Source of the DNA: Pseudovirgaria hyperparasitica
Taxonomy: Eukaryota
DNA: 64,000 nt
NCBI GenBank assembly: GCA_010093815.1
Contig: ML996573.1
Strand: one strand, 5' to 3'
Numbering within the stretch: the first letter of the stretch is position 1; each line of letters begins with the position of its first letter. The position numbers and the translations under genes are program-made. The notes under the pieces are model-generated. The model did no database searches, was not told the origin of the DNA, and saw nothing but the letters and a program-made list of their open reading frames with translations. Shown piece after piece: positions 1 through 10,462 of this stretch.

Positions 1-434
1 CATCGTCACAGTCTCATCCATCACTGCTCACTGTGTCTTGCCCGGCTATCGCATGACGGGATATAACGCAAGTAAAGGAGGCGTGAAGATGCTCACCTCA
101 GCTCTCGCTGTTGAACTTGGGCCCAAGAACATTCGTGTCAATGCCATAGCTCCAGCATTTACTGACACGGCTCAGACAAAGGTAAGAAACATTAAATCCA
201 CATCGGAACAACATCATTGATGAACTACAGGCTGCTCGTGATGTTGCTCATCCAGAGGCAGTACATCACATGTACAATGCAGCGCCCCTGAAGCGGATTG
301 GAACAGTAAACGACATTGTTGGTGCAGCCATTTATCTGCTGAGCGATGCATCTGCATATACAACGGGATGCGAGCTTACTGTTACGGGAGGCATCCACCT
401 GGGCAGATCTACGGATCATGCAATGTACGAATAG
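1..434 (+). CDS. Short-chain dehydrogenase/reductase, 3' part (5' end outside window)
   Basis: IVTVSS...YNASK (YxxxK), IRVNAIAPA, PLKRIG..DIVGAAIYLLSDASAYTTG. Intron 182-230 (GTAAGA..CTACAG). Stop TAG 432-434. Confidence 0.9.
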
Positions 435-1427
435 ATACCTCGAGATGTGGAAATGAAAGGTTATGCAACTGCGTCCGACTCCGCCCATACTATTGAAACT
501 AGCCCACAAAGCTGACACCGTTCTGAGCCTGGTGTGTACTTTTTCGTGAATTACATTCATCAAGGGGCATGCTCCGATCTACAGAACGAACCTCGTGTAA
601 AAATCTTCATGTTTTCTCTGCATAACTACCGCTGAAGCCTGAACGACCGCTAATGCTCAAGGTCTACAGCTTTACTTTTTTAGCATTTGCTTGTTTCGAT
701 CAAGCAGCCCCACATAAGACATCGATATGCAAGTAATGTTGATTAACAAATGTAACCCCTTTCTCTCTCTATCTCACGGAACGACCGAACACCAACTCCA
801 TACCGAAGCCGCATCGGATCAAGACCCAAGCCCTATCATCGCGACGGCGGACTCTCTAACAACAAACGTCTCCTACTTCGGCACGCGACAGGCGCAGTCT
901 AACCCCGCTTCGGCAAACACTCAAAAATACCCGGTCCCAAACTCTTCAGTCGCGGGCTGGCCCAACCCTTATTTAGACTAACAACACTTAGTGCGCGTAC
1001 GACTCCGCCTCGGGCGATCTCCTTCTAATCTTGATATTATCTATTCTTCGAGCGAGCCATTGCCCGAAGAACGTTTGAAGCCATGATAGCAGTGCCTCGG
1101 TCCGTGAGCGTTGTGGTGTGCCCTTGATCCGAGCCTATGTTTTGGCCATGGCCTGGGATGTCGTGGCTGAGTGAAAGATGCCGTTCCCTGCTATCAAGTA
1201 AACTCTCCTCCCCTATCGAGATAAGCTATACGCGGAGCGTTATGCTCATTAGCTTTTAACGGCCCGTATGCCCTGAGGAAAAGGGTGGAGACAAGGCAAT
1301 TGATGAAACGACTCCTCTTTTTGTAGCAATACTGGATCACTGAGTACGTGTGTTACAGCTTGTGCGACTGTGTGGGGTCATTGTTAGAGTATACAACATA
1401 CACACCAGGCCTCTATCCTAGAACAAC

Positions 1428-3155
1428 ATGGCAGGCGAACGCGACATGGTAGTCGTCGGCGCCGGTAAGTCCCCTCGTACTCCCTTCAACATGCAATCTA
1501 ACAAACCAAAAGGCTGGTTCGGTCTCGCCGCTGCAAAAGCCTACATCGAACTGCACCCGGACGAGGACATCCAAGTCCTCGAATCCGCCGCGACATGCGG
1601 CGGCACATGGGGTCGCGACCGCCTCTATCCAGGCCTCAAAAGCAACAACCTGCACGGCACATACGAGTATCCCGACTACCCGATGAGCGAAGCCCTCTAC
1701 GGCGTCGCACCCGGCCAACACATCCCAGGCGCCGTCCTCCACGCCTATCTCACCGACTACGCAAAGAAGTTCGGCGTCTACAAACGCACGCAGTTCAACA
1801 CAAAGGTCACCTCGCTCGCGCCCTCTGCCGCCGGCGGCTGGACCATCACCACAACCTCCGACACGAAAGGCCCGGAGACCATCCAGACGAAGAAAATCAT
1901 CCTCGCGACGGGGCTTACGTCGACGCCCAATTTCCCGACGTATCCGGGCGTGGAAGCGCTCAATGTGCCAATTTTTCATGCTAAAGACTTTTGCATCAAT
2001 GGCGACACCACCAAAACTGCGAAGCACGCGGTTGTGATAGGAGGTGCGAAATCTGCATATGACGTTGCGTACGCCTATGTCGACGCCGGCGCTACCGTCG
2101 ACCTCGTCATCCGGCCCTCTGGCAACGGACCCGTATGGATCTCGCATCCGTGGGTGATGGGCGGCAAGAAGCGGCTCGAGAAGCTGCTGCATATCAGATG
2201 GATGTCATGGTTCAGCCCTTGTCCATGGGAAGGCGAAGACGGGTTTTCGTGGCCACGGCGATTCCTGCACGGCACGCGTGTAGGCCGATTCATCGTGGAC
2301 AAGTTCTGGGCTGCGCTGGCGGCGGATGTGGTAGAGTTGAACGGGTACAACTCGCATGAGGAGACGAAGAAACTGTTGCCGTGGAATACGACGTTCTGGA
2401 TTGGAAGCGGGCTGAGTATTCATAACTACGATCAGAATTTCTTTGATATGATTAAAGATGGAAGAATAAGGGTGCACATCGCGGATGTCGAGAGGCTCTC
2501 GGATCATACAGTACATCTAACAACGGGCGAGACTTGCGCGGCTGATGTAGTTGTGTGTTCGACGGGGTGGAAGAAGGAGCCGAGCTTCAGCTTCAGCGGC
2601 TTTGGGACAACAGGTATCGGCTTGCCACTGCCACTAGAAGACCAAAAGAAGCTGGCAGCACAGGCCGATAAGGATATTCTGACAATGTTCCCCAGGCTTG
2701 CAAATCAGCCGAAGTTGAACTTCACTCCGAAGAACGATCCTTTCCGCCTTTACCGCTTCATCGTTCCCCCGGCGCGGATCAAGGACCGCAATATTGCGTT
2801 TGCTGGGCTTGTCTCGTCTGTTAGCACGGCCATCTGTGCAGCTACACAAGGGCTGTGGATTTCTGCATTCCTGGACGGAAGATTGGATAGGCTGGCTAGC
2901 TCGGATGAAGAAGTTACAAAGGAGGTCATGCTGCATACGCAATGGGGCAAGTGGAGATATCCGACTGGGTATGGTGCCAGTTTGCCCGATTTTGTGTTTG
3001 ATGCGATTCCGTATGTGGACCTGATGCTGAATGATCTGGGGTTGAAGGTACGTAGGAAGGGAGGGTGGTTCAAGGAAATTACGGAGCCGTATGGGCCGGA
3101 GGACTATGTCGATCTGGTTGATGAGTGGAGTGCGGCGCATATCAAGAGCGGGTAA
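1428..3155 (+). CDS. FAD-dependent (FMO-like) monooxygenase
   Basis: Removing the in-frame 48-nt intron 1465-1512 gives VVVGAGWFG (GxGxxG). Also GGTW, ILATG, FHAKDF, VVIGGAKSAYD and VVCSTGW. Confidence 0.9.
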   Translation: MAGERDMVVVGAGKSPRTPFNMQSNKPKGWFGLAAAKAYIELHPDEDIQVLESAATCGGTWGRDRLYPGLKSNNLHGTYEYPDYPMSEALYGVAPGQHIPGAVLHAYLTDYAKKFGVYKRTQFNTKVTSLAPSAAGGWTITTTSDTKGPETIQTKKIILATGLTSTPNFPTYPGVEALNVPIFHAKDFCINGDTTKTAKHAVVIGGAKSAYDVAYAYVDAGATVDLVIRPSGNGPVWISHPWVMGGKKRLEKLLHIRWMSWFSPCPWEGEDGFSWPRRFLHGTRVGRFIVDKFWAALAADVVELNGYNSHEETKKLLPWNTTFWIGSGLSIHNYDQNFFDMIKDGRIRVHIADVERLSDHTVHLTTGETCAADVVVCSTGWKKEPSFSFSGFGTTGIGLPLPLEDQKKLAAQADKDILTMFPRLANQPKLNFTPKNDPFRLYRFIVPPARIKDRNIAFAGLVSSVSTAICAATQGLWISAFLDGRLDRLASSDEEVTKEVMLHTQWGKWRYPTGYGASLPDFVFDAIPYVDLMLNDLGLKVRRKGGWFKEITEPYGPEDYVDLVDEWSAAHIKSG

Positions 3156-3842
3156 ATGTTTGATGAGCGAGTCGAAAGATTGGATTTTCTGTCCCCGTTG
3201 AGCTTATGTATGTGTGTGATGTTGCAAATGAACAACATCACAGGCACTGCAATCGGTAGCAATTTGTGTTATTCCGGTGACAGGGTTGTTGAATCGTGCT
3301 CAAGTGTTGCGATAGGCATGTCAGCCATATCTTCATCTGAACTGAAAGGTCAGTATCATAAACATTGATATCTTGAATTCGATATACTACAGAGACTAGT
3401 ATATTCTACATGGAGGGCAAGTTTCATACAATCTGTATAGATCTTCAACCAATGAAATGTTAGTTCTTCCAAAACCATCCCGTCCAAGTACCCTGCCAGA
3501 CATGGATGGTTGATCCCGAGACAAATAAACCCCCCAAGCTAAGCAGAAAAAGATTTCAGCACGAATGAGAACATCCCATACCTTCGACCCTACAACATCA
3601 ACAGGCATCAACAGGTAATAACAGCCCGGCTCCAACATCATCGCAGCCGTTCATTGGACATTCGTGGGAAGCCTCCATGACAGCTTGCATAGTCGTCTTC
3701 AGTGTGGTCGGCCATTTCATGCCTGCTGACAGCCTCTCTACATACACACATCCATACACTTGAAAGCTCATAAGCAACGATCAGCCCTGATATATCGTCT
3801 TTCATCCGACATTCAAGAGACAATTTTTGGTTTCTTTCGGAT

Positions 3843-5708
3843 ATGTGGTCTACATTCGCCTCTGATTCACTCATGGTCCACATGAATATCTGGCTTATAC
3901 TGCTTACTCTCCTAGCCGTCATCTTGTATATCGTGTTGCACGACCGCATGTCTCCACCCGAGTATAAGCCCGTCGCAGATAACGGTGTCTTCATCAAGAT
4001 TACTCCTTTTCCATACTCCAACAACAACAACGACACCTCCAAGAAACAGGCGCCACATCTAGACATAACCATGATCCTAGACAGCGCAGCCCTCACCACA
4101 TTCCCCTATGCTCTCGCCATCCCCGTCGAGGAAAACGGCATCAAACTACCTACATTCGACAAGAACCCCATCTTCGCATACGACGACAAAGGAAACCTGC
4201 CTCTCCACACACACATCAACACACACGCCTCCCCACCCAGACGAGAATGGTTCTTCCTCCAACGACACCCCCACGGCAACATCCGATTCCAGCTCCGCGT
4301 CGCCGCCCACGACACCAACCACACCGACCCCCGAACCTTCCCACACCTCCGCTACGACGCCAAAGGAGCATTCACCGGCGCGCTCAACACCTTCATCCCC
4401 CAGCCCCCGTCCCACCAACCCTTCACCTGGACCCTCACATTCGACCTGCGCAACATGCCACCCAACGCCCTCGCAGCATGGACATGGGGCGAGTACCACC
4501 CTGCTCTCAGTCCCGTCCTCACCACACGCGGCACACCCGCCGCCGCACTCAACACCGTCCTCGCCATCGGCGCCCTGCACAAATACCCACCTGGCGTAAA
4601 CGCCGCAGAGAGCTTCGGCGCCTACAGCACGCAGCACACGCCTCCCGCCAATATCACGCAGTGGACCGCCGAGCTAGCCGCGAAAACAGCCTCCTTCTTC
4701 CACGAGCCGCACCGCGCATACAGGCTCTTCTTCGTGCGCAACCCGTACCGCGGCGGCGCAGGCATGTGCGCGTTTGCGCAATCGCTTGTGCTCGCGTACA
4801 CGGACGGAATGTCCGGTCCGGATCCCGGCGTTACGCGGGACTTGGTCGCGCGGAGGCTCGTCCAGAGCTGGCTGCGGCTGGTAGAAACGGCGGCGGATGT
4901 GCGGGGCTCGGCGCGCTGGTTTAATGGGGGTGTGGGCTTGTACTATGGTGCTTTGCTGCCGTGTGGGTTTGGGATGATGTCGTGGTCGGGCGTGCTTGTG
5001 CTGCTGAATCGCTTTGCGGCGGCGTATTATACGTCTGAAGCGATAGCCTGGACTAACGATGAACTTACTGCGGCACCTGCGTCCCGTGAGACGATCCATA
5101 TGCAGGCCGAGTTTCGCGGATTCATGTATTTCGTCGGTCTGGCATATGAGTTGCGCAACACGCCCAACGCGCCCGATCTTGATAGTTTAATGGTGCAGAT
5201 TGTTGCGAATGAGCGCGCGGGACTGCATGATCATGTGCAGACATGGAAGAATACGGTGGCGCTGTATCTGGGACAGAAAGGCTGGGATGGCTTCGAGGCG
5301 ATGATGGATGGGGCGTTCATGATGCCTCACCCGGATAGCTTCGCGTATCTGGGCATGAGGTGTGTTAGGCAAGATCTGTATGGCTTTGAGCTCGGGTTTG
5401 CGGAAGAGTGCCTTGATGGGTCTGAAGAGGAGCGCGTGGTGTACGGTCTTGTCGTGGGGTCGAGGGCGGAGAAGGCGGGCGTGAGGAATGGCGATGTGGT
5501 GGTGGAGCATAAGTCGTCGACGTTTCGGCCGTTGGTGGAGGACTATGAGGCGAGGATGGTTTTGAGGGTCAGGCAGGGTGAGAAGGAAGTGGAGATAGAG
5601 TACTGGCCGAGGAGTTGGGAGGAGGTGGAGGCGTATCAATGGATTCTTGCGGACGCTGAGAAGGAGATGAGGAAGGGGCCGGGTCAAATCGTTGTTGGAG
5701 ATGCTTGA
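3843..5708 (+). CDS. Peptidase M61-like protein with N-terminal hydrophobic anchor and C-terminal PDZ domain, apparently catalytically dead
   Basis: Intronless 621-aa ORF with YRLFFVRNP, FELGF, PDZ-like GLVVGSRAEKAGVRNGD and IEYWPRSWEEVEAYQW, as in fungal M61-like proteins. The HExxH position reads RRLVQ. The start could be a downstream Met. Confidence 0.75.
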   Translation: MWSTFASDSLMVHMNIWLILLTLLAVILYIVLHDRMSPPEYKPVADNGVFIKITPFPYSNNNNDTSKKQAPHLDITMILDSAALTTFPYALAIPVEENGIKLPTFDKNPIFAYDDKGNLPLHTHINTHASPPRREWFFLQRHPHGNIRFQLRVAAHDTNHTDPRTFPHLRYDAKGAFTGALNTFIPQPPSHQPFTWTLTFDLRNMPPNALAAWTWGEYHPALSPVLTTRGTPAAALNTVLAIGALHKYPPGVNAAESFGAYSTQHTPPANITQWTAELAAKTASFFHEPHRAYRLFFVRNPYRGGAGMCAFAQSLVLAYTDGMSGPDPGVTRDLVARRLVQSWLRLVETAADVRGSARWFNGGVGLYYGALLPCGFGMMSWSGVLVLLNRFAAAYYTSEAIAWTNDELTAAPASRETIHMQAEFRGFMYFVGLAYELRNTPNAPDLDSLMVQIVANERAGLHDHVQTWKNTVALYLGQKGWDGFEAMMDGAFMMPHPDSFAYLGMRCVRQDLYGFELGFAEECLDGSEEERVVYGLVVGSRAEKAGVRNGDVVVEHKSSTFRPLVEDYEARMVLRVRQGEKEVEIEYWPRSWEEVEAYQWILADAEKEMRKGPGQIVVGDA

Positions 5709-5859
5709 GCTATGTGTAGCCAGTCATGCTTTCGGCTCTTATTCTCTTGAACTCTGTTGATTCATATTTCTGCCATCATGCCGGGCTTTGCGATCCCCAC
5801 AGCCTCCTACATCTTCCTAGCTGGCTCCAGAACAATTCATCACCACGACAAAACCCACA

Positions 5860-5940
5860 TCACACCACATCCTCTTCACCAACCCTCACCACCCCCTCCA
5901 CCCCAATCCTCCGCGCCACCTCCTCGACCAAAACCCCCGC

Positions 5941-5976
<36 letters not shown>

Positions 5977-6492
5977 ACCCCCCTCCCCCCCATGACTCGT
6001 CACAAACCGCCGCATATGCACGCCCACCGCCGCAATCTTCCGCTCTCCCTCCCCCTCACCCACCCCCACCCACACGCCCGTATGCTCCGTCGTGCCCGCG
6101 CACACCCCGTACCGCGCACACGTCGCTATCAGCGCCTGCTCCAGCATACACACGTAGCGCCTCGGCGTCAGGCCGTGCGAGCGCAGGTCCAGGATCGGGT
6201 AGGCGACTAGTTGGCCCGGGCCGTGGAAGGTGGTTTGGCCGCCGCGGAGGGCGTAGTGGACTTCGGCGGCGCCGTTGTGGGAGAGGGTTGTCTTTTGCGC
6301 GGGGGTCAGGGTGTCTTTGTCGCGGCGGCCGAGGGTGTAGACGGGGTGGAATTGCGCGGTTATGATTGCTGGGGGTGGGAGGGGGGTGTGGGTGGCTTTG
6401 GCGGAGAGGAAGGATGCGACGAGGGTTTCTTGGAGGGCGGAGGCGCGGAGGTAGGGGATTGGGTTGGGGATGTGGATGTGTCGGAGGATCAT
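5860..6492 (-). CDS. LIP2: Lipoyl(octanoyl)transferase LipB/Lip2; C-terminal region interrupted by a poly-G tract
   Basis: FHPVYTLGRR, RGGQTTFHGPGQLVAYPILDL, TGVWV, RKIAAVGVHMRRFVTSHG. Confidence 0.92.
5943..5991 (+). repeat. Poly-C tract (34 C uninterrupted, then interrupted C runs)
   Basis: Read directly from the sequence; lies inside LIP2. Confidence 0.95.
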
Positions 6493-6849
6493 GGTGATGG
6501 TTGTGATGAGGGAGTGGTGATTCGAGGCTTGGGGTTATTGCGAGAGCATGTTGCTGGCTGGCTGGCTGGTTGGCGAGAGTTTGAGACGGAGATGGAAGTT
6601 TTGTATAAGTGAAGCGGATAGATGTTAAAAGTGACGACGTTAAACACGGGCCGTGCTCAGCCCTACCCGCACGGTCTGTGCGCTACCGTCAGTGGGGAAA
6701 GATCTTGAGCTGCTAGCTAATTAATCCATACTCGAAAACTCTCATCCTCACTCATATCCAACTTCATACACACCTCACACACCTCAACCACACCCACCAA
6801 CCTCCAAACACGCAACACCCAATCCACAGAACCAACTCAATCACCCACA

Positions 6850-7537
6850 ATGGCACCCACACCACGACAACCACCACACACCCGCAAACCCAACCCCCAC
6901 AAACGCGCCAAACTCCCAACCAGTACCTCCCCCCTCCCTCCCCCTCCCTTTCCCTTACCACACAACCTCCACTAACACACCTCTCTCCAAAGCAACGAAA
7001 ATCACAAAACGCCCCCTCCCGCACCCCCCCCTTCCCACCCCACACTCCACCGCCCGACAAACAATCTACCTCCGCCCCACCACCCCCTTCATCCCAACCA
7101 TCAAACGCATCCGCACCCTCCTCGCCCACATCGCCGCGCGGCGCACACAAGCCCTGATCCCCCGCCGCGGCACCGAGAGCCTGACGGCTGCACACGTCGA
7201 GACGGTTACGCTGGAGGAATTGAGGCGGGGGAGGAGCGGTGGTGGTGGTGGTAGTGGTAGTGGTGGTGCAGGGACCAGGGCGGACGAGGCGGTGTATGTG
7301 AGGGCGAGTGGGAGGGCGATTGAGCGGGCGTTGGGGCTGGCGAGGTGGTTTTTGGAGAGGGGGGAGGGGGTGAGGGTGCGGACGGGGACGGTGGGGGCGG
7401 TGGATGATTTGGTTGTTTGTGAGGAGGGAGAGGGGGATGGGGATGGGGATGGGGATGGGGATGGTGGTGGAGAGGGGGGAGAGGAGGCGAGGGTGAGGTA
7501 TATTAATTTTGTGGAGGTGGCGGTTAGTGCGCGGTGA
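6850..7537 (+). CDS. POP7: RNase P/MRP subunit Pop7/Rpp20 (Alba-like)
   Basis: ATG 6850, intron 6923-6992. Spliced product has ITKRPL, IYLRPTTPFIPTIKRIRTLL, VYVRASGRAIERALGLARWF, VRVRTGTVGAVDDL and RYINFVEVAVS. Confidence 0.85.
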
Positions 7538-7915
7538 GTGGAGGGCTGCTGGGGGTGGTGGTGTAGAGTGTATTAAACAAAGGCTGCCTTGAAAATAATT
7601 GCTCATCAACAATGGGTGCTTCTTAGCTTAGAGCACGCAGAAACGATGCATGGAACATGAATGGGTACAACGGGGGCTCTCCAACCCTGTCCAGTCTATA
7701 GTTACATGAACAATGCGCAAGGCGTACGCCATAGACTACTAAACATAATACAAATTCCCACCCTCGAGGTGAGATATCCCCAACGGAGGAGCGTTGCCGT
7801 GTCTATCGTACAACATAATAATACAACTGGCGCCCGAAGCCATGCCGACCATTCTTTTTTTAGATATATAATCTTACAGTTTCCCAATGATCCCTCCCCA
7901 TCCCCCAGCCATCAC

Positions 7916-10462
7916 TCAAGACAAGTCCTTCCTCAAATCCTCAATCTCCTCCGCACTCAAGTCCTCCGCAACACCCTCCAACTCCCTATACGCATCCTCA
8001 TTCGCCCGGGCCATCGCCGCCGTCCCCGCGATTTCCCGCTCCTTATTCCGCACATCTCTGCGCTCGCGCCTGCTCGCCTTCCGGCCCAGCACGATCGGAT
8101 TCTCCAGCCTGACTGAACCGTCCTCGTTGATCTCGTAGTAGTCCGTCTTCCTCGCGCCCTTGTCGCCCCCGCGCTTCGCTTGCCTGCCCTTGCCCCGCAC
8201 GTCGTTGTGCCCGAAGCCCTTCTTCGGACGGCCGGTGCGCACGTTCTTCGGGACGCGCGTTTTGGCGCCGAGGGCCCAGAGGTCGCCCCATTGGGATTTG
8301 CGGGCGTCGCGGTAGGCTTGCTTGCTGTAGCTTTGTGGGACGGTCCAGCGGTCGAGGGTGCCGGCGGGCGTGCAGACGTCGATGATGACGTGGCCGCGGC
8401 GCTTTAGAGGCTGCAGAATCATGCGTGGTAGGCTTAGAGTGTTGATTGCGGGGGGTTTACGGGCCTCTTGTCTGATCTCGTCGGAGATTGTGATGTCCTC
8501 GAATTCTTCCTCTGCGTCCTCGAGGTCGTAGGGCGAGTAGACGACGTCGTGATCGGGTCCGCGGTTTTGGGCGGGCGAAGGCGCGAGAGGCTCATAGCCG
8601 GCGAATGCGGCGTCGGTGGCATGTGCGCCTTGGGAGACGCCTTGGGCATGAGTGTCGAATTCTGCGCGACGCTGGTCGCGACCGCGCTGCACCGCAATGT
8701 AGCTGAACTGTATATCTTCGTGATTGGAGTGGGCGATACCGACAATGTTTTGGAGGTAGGCTGGGCGGGTAAAGCGTTGACTGAAGTAGCAGAAATCTTT
8801 GCGACCGACCATTTCGCCTGGGATGGTGTACATTGGGCATTGGACGTGGTTGGTGCAAGGAGCTACGATCATGCCGGTTTCTTTCTTCCATGTCGGTCTG
8901 TCTCTGTTCTCGTATTCTGGCTCGACAATGGGTACAGAAGGATCTTGGATATGTCGATTGAGAAGCATTTCTCGAGCTGCACCTATAGCTTCGAAACCTC
9001 GTGGAAGCCCCTTCTCCATGAGGATGAGAACTCCCCCGTTGGGATCTAGAAGTGACCACAGGCGCTGAACGTGTCGCTTTCGAACATGCTCCTCTCTTAT
9101 GCCCAGCAGGTTGTGAGGGGCAATAATTACATCATACAACTTTCGTGGTTCCGGGCCGACTTCTGGTGCCCAAGGAAAGACTGTTTCGGGTAAGCGAGGG
9201 AGGAATTGGGTATTCTCCAATATGCGACTGATCCTATGTCGGAGAGTGTCAGACCCAATAATGACAGATTGTCTGGAAGGGGGAATCTCGTCCATGGCGG
9301 CAATGTCATCGTGCTCTTCCCTGAGTCTACTAAACTCAGCTCTCAAGATCTCTTGCCAGGCCATGATACCTGCACCACCAGCTCCAGCGTCCAGAACTAA
9401 TGGGCCGCCTGGCTTCCTCACCAAGCGTTCGATCCAGCCCGATCCAAGTCGCTTGCGCACCTCAACCAACACCGACAAAGCTGAAGCATGTAGGCCAGGA
9501 GTCATCGTCGCCAAGTAGACATCCGCATCGACATTAGACATGGATGACTCTCCGGCATCCATGGCGACTGGCATGTGGATCTGATGTGACGGTATATGAG
9601 ATGGGGTGGCCACAGAAAGGGGGAGATTCTTTCCACCAAATGTTTCATGTGCCCTCTCAGACAGATGCTTATTGCCTTGTCTCTTCAGAATGATTGACGA
9701 GGGCTCCTCCCACGCGACAGACATTCTGGCAGTCGAAGGCCACGTTCTCATACGACCAGCCTCGGTCAATGGATGCGTGCGCGCAAAGTCTGAACTGGGT
9801 CGTAGAGGGTCGGATGAGACACCTTTGTTCCGCATGGCCTCCAGCTCTTCCAATCCTTGCAGACCTTCTTCAGATCCGAAGTCGTACATGCTAGCTGAAT
9901 CCTCTTTCTCTTCCGCACCCTCTTCGGCCTCTTCCATGTCTTCCGTATGTTCCACTTCTTCCAGCTCCCCCTCGTCATTCTGCCGCAGGAGTATCTGTTT
10001 TCCATCTCTTTCGACCTCCGCTACTAGCTCGCCTCTCGCACTAAGCTGCTCTTTCCAATCCGACGCCATGAAGGTTGCCTTCCCATATAGTCGCTCATAT
10101 GATCTCTCTTCCCCTTGTGACAAGAGACCTGGTGGTAATTCGTCTCCGAATCTTTGCCTCGCACTCCGTGCAGCGGTCTCATTCTGCTCTGCCGTTCTCT
10201 CGACAATAAGTGATTGTAGAGTCGGATCCGCGCTATTCCCGGATATCTCCTCTGTTCGAACACCTCCCGTGAGATTAACCCCCGCATACAGCGTACGTCG
10301 TGATGGAGCGTTGCGCTTTGGTAGAGGCGTCGCGCGCCGTCCATGCGAGCTGAAACTCGTCAAATATCGCGGAGAGCTATTGATGCCACGGACGTGTGCT
10401 CGCGCCAGGAAGCGCAGTCTGCATGTTATACATACTGGGCTCAACGAGCGACCCGAAAGCAT
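7916..10462 (-). CDS. RSM22: Mitochondrial small ribosomal subunit assembly factor Rsm22 (METTL17-like methyltransferase fold)
   Basis: 848-aa intronless ORF with VLDAGAGGAG, LMEKGLPRGFEAI, cysteine cluster APCTNHVQCPM..FCYFSQR..DVCTP, and YRDARKSQWGDLW. Confidence 0.92.
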   Translation of the reverse strand: MLSGRSLSPVCITCRLRFLARAHVRGINSSPRYLTSFSSHGRRATPLPKRNAPSRRTLYAGVNLTGGVRTEEISGNSADPTLQSLIVERTAEQNETAARSARQRFGDELPPGLLSQGEERSYERLYGKATFMASDWKEQLSARGELVAEVERDGKQILLRQNDEGELEEVEHTEDMEEAEEGAEEKEDSASMYDFGSEEGLQGLEELEAMRNKGVSSDPLRPSSDFARTHPLTEAGRMRTWPSTARMSVAWEEPSSIILKRQGNKHLSERAHETFGGKNLPLSVATPSHIPSHQIHMPVAMDAGESSMSNVDADVYLATMTPGLHASALSVLVEVRKRLGSGWIERLVRKPGGPLVLDAGAGGAGIMAWQEILRAEFSRLREEHDDIAAMDEIPPSRQSVIIGSDTLRHRISRILENTQFLPRLPETVFPWAPEVGPEPRKLYDVIIAPHNLLGIREEHVRKRHVQRLWSLLDPNGGVLILMEKGLPRGFEAIGAAREMLLNRHIQDPSVPIVEPEYENRDRPTWKKETGMIVAPCTNHVQCPMYTIPGEMVGRKDFCYFSQRFTRPAYLQNIVGIAHSNHEDIQFSYIAVQRGRDQRRAEFDTHAQGVSQGAHATDAAFAGYEPLAPSPAQNRGPDHDVVYSPYDLEDAEEEFEDITISDEIRQEARKPPAINTLSLPRMILQPLKRRGHVIIDVCTPAGTLDRWTVPQSYSKQAYRDARKSQWGDLWALGAKTRVPKNVRTGRPKKGFGHNDVRGKGRQAKRGGDKGARKTDYYEINEDGSVRLENPIVLGRKASRRERRDVRNKEREIAGTAAMARANEDAYRELEGVAEDLSAEEIEDLRKDLS

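Noticed and set aside
4106..7612. Many long overlapping or antisense ORFs rich in P/T/H or G/V
   Set aside because: They are by-products of extreme C/G skew and few stop codons; real genes explain the region.
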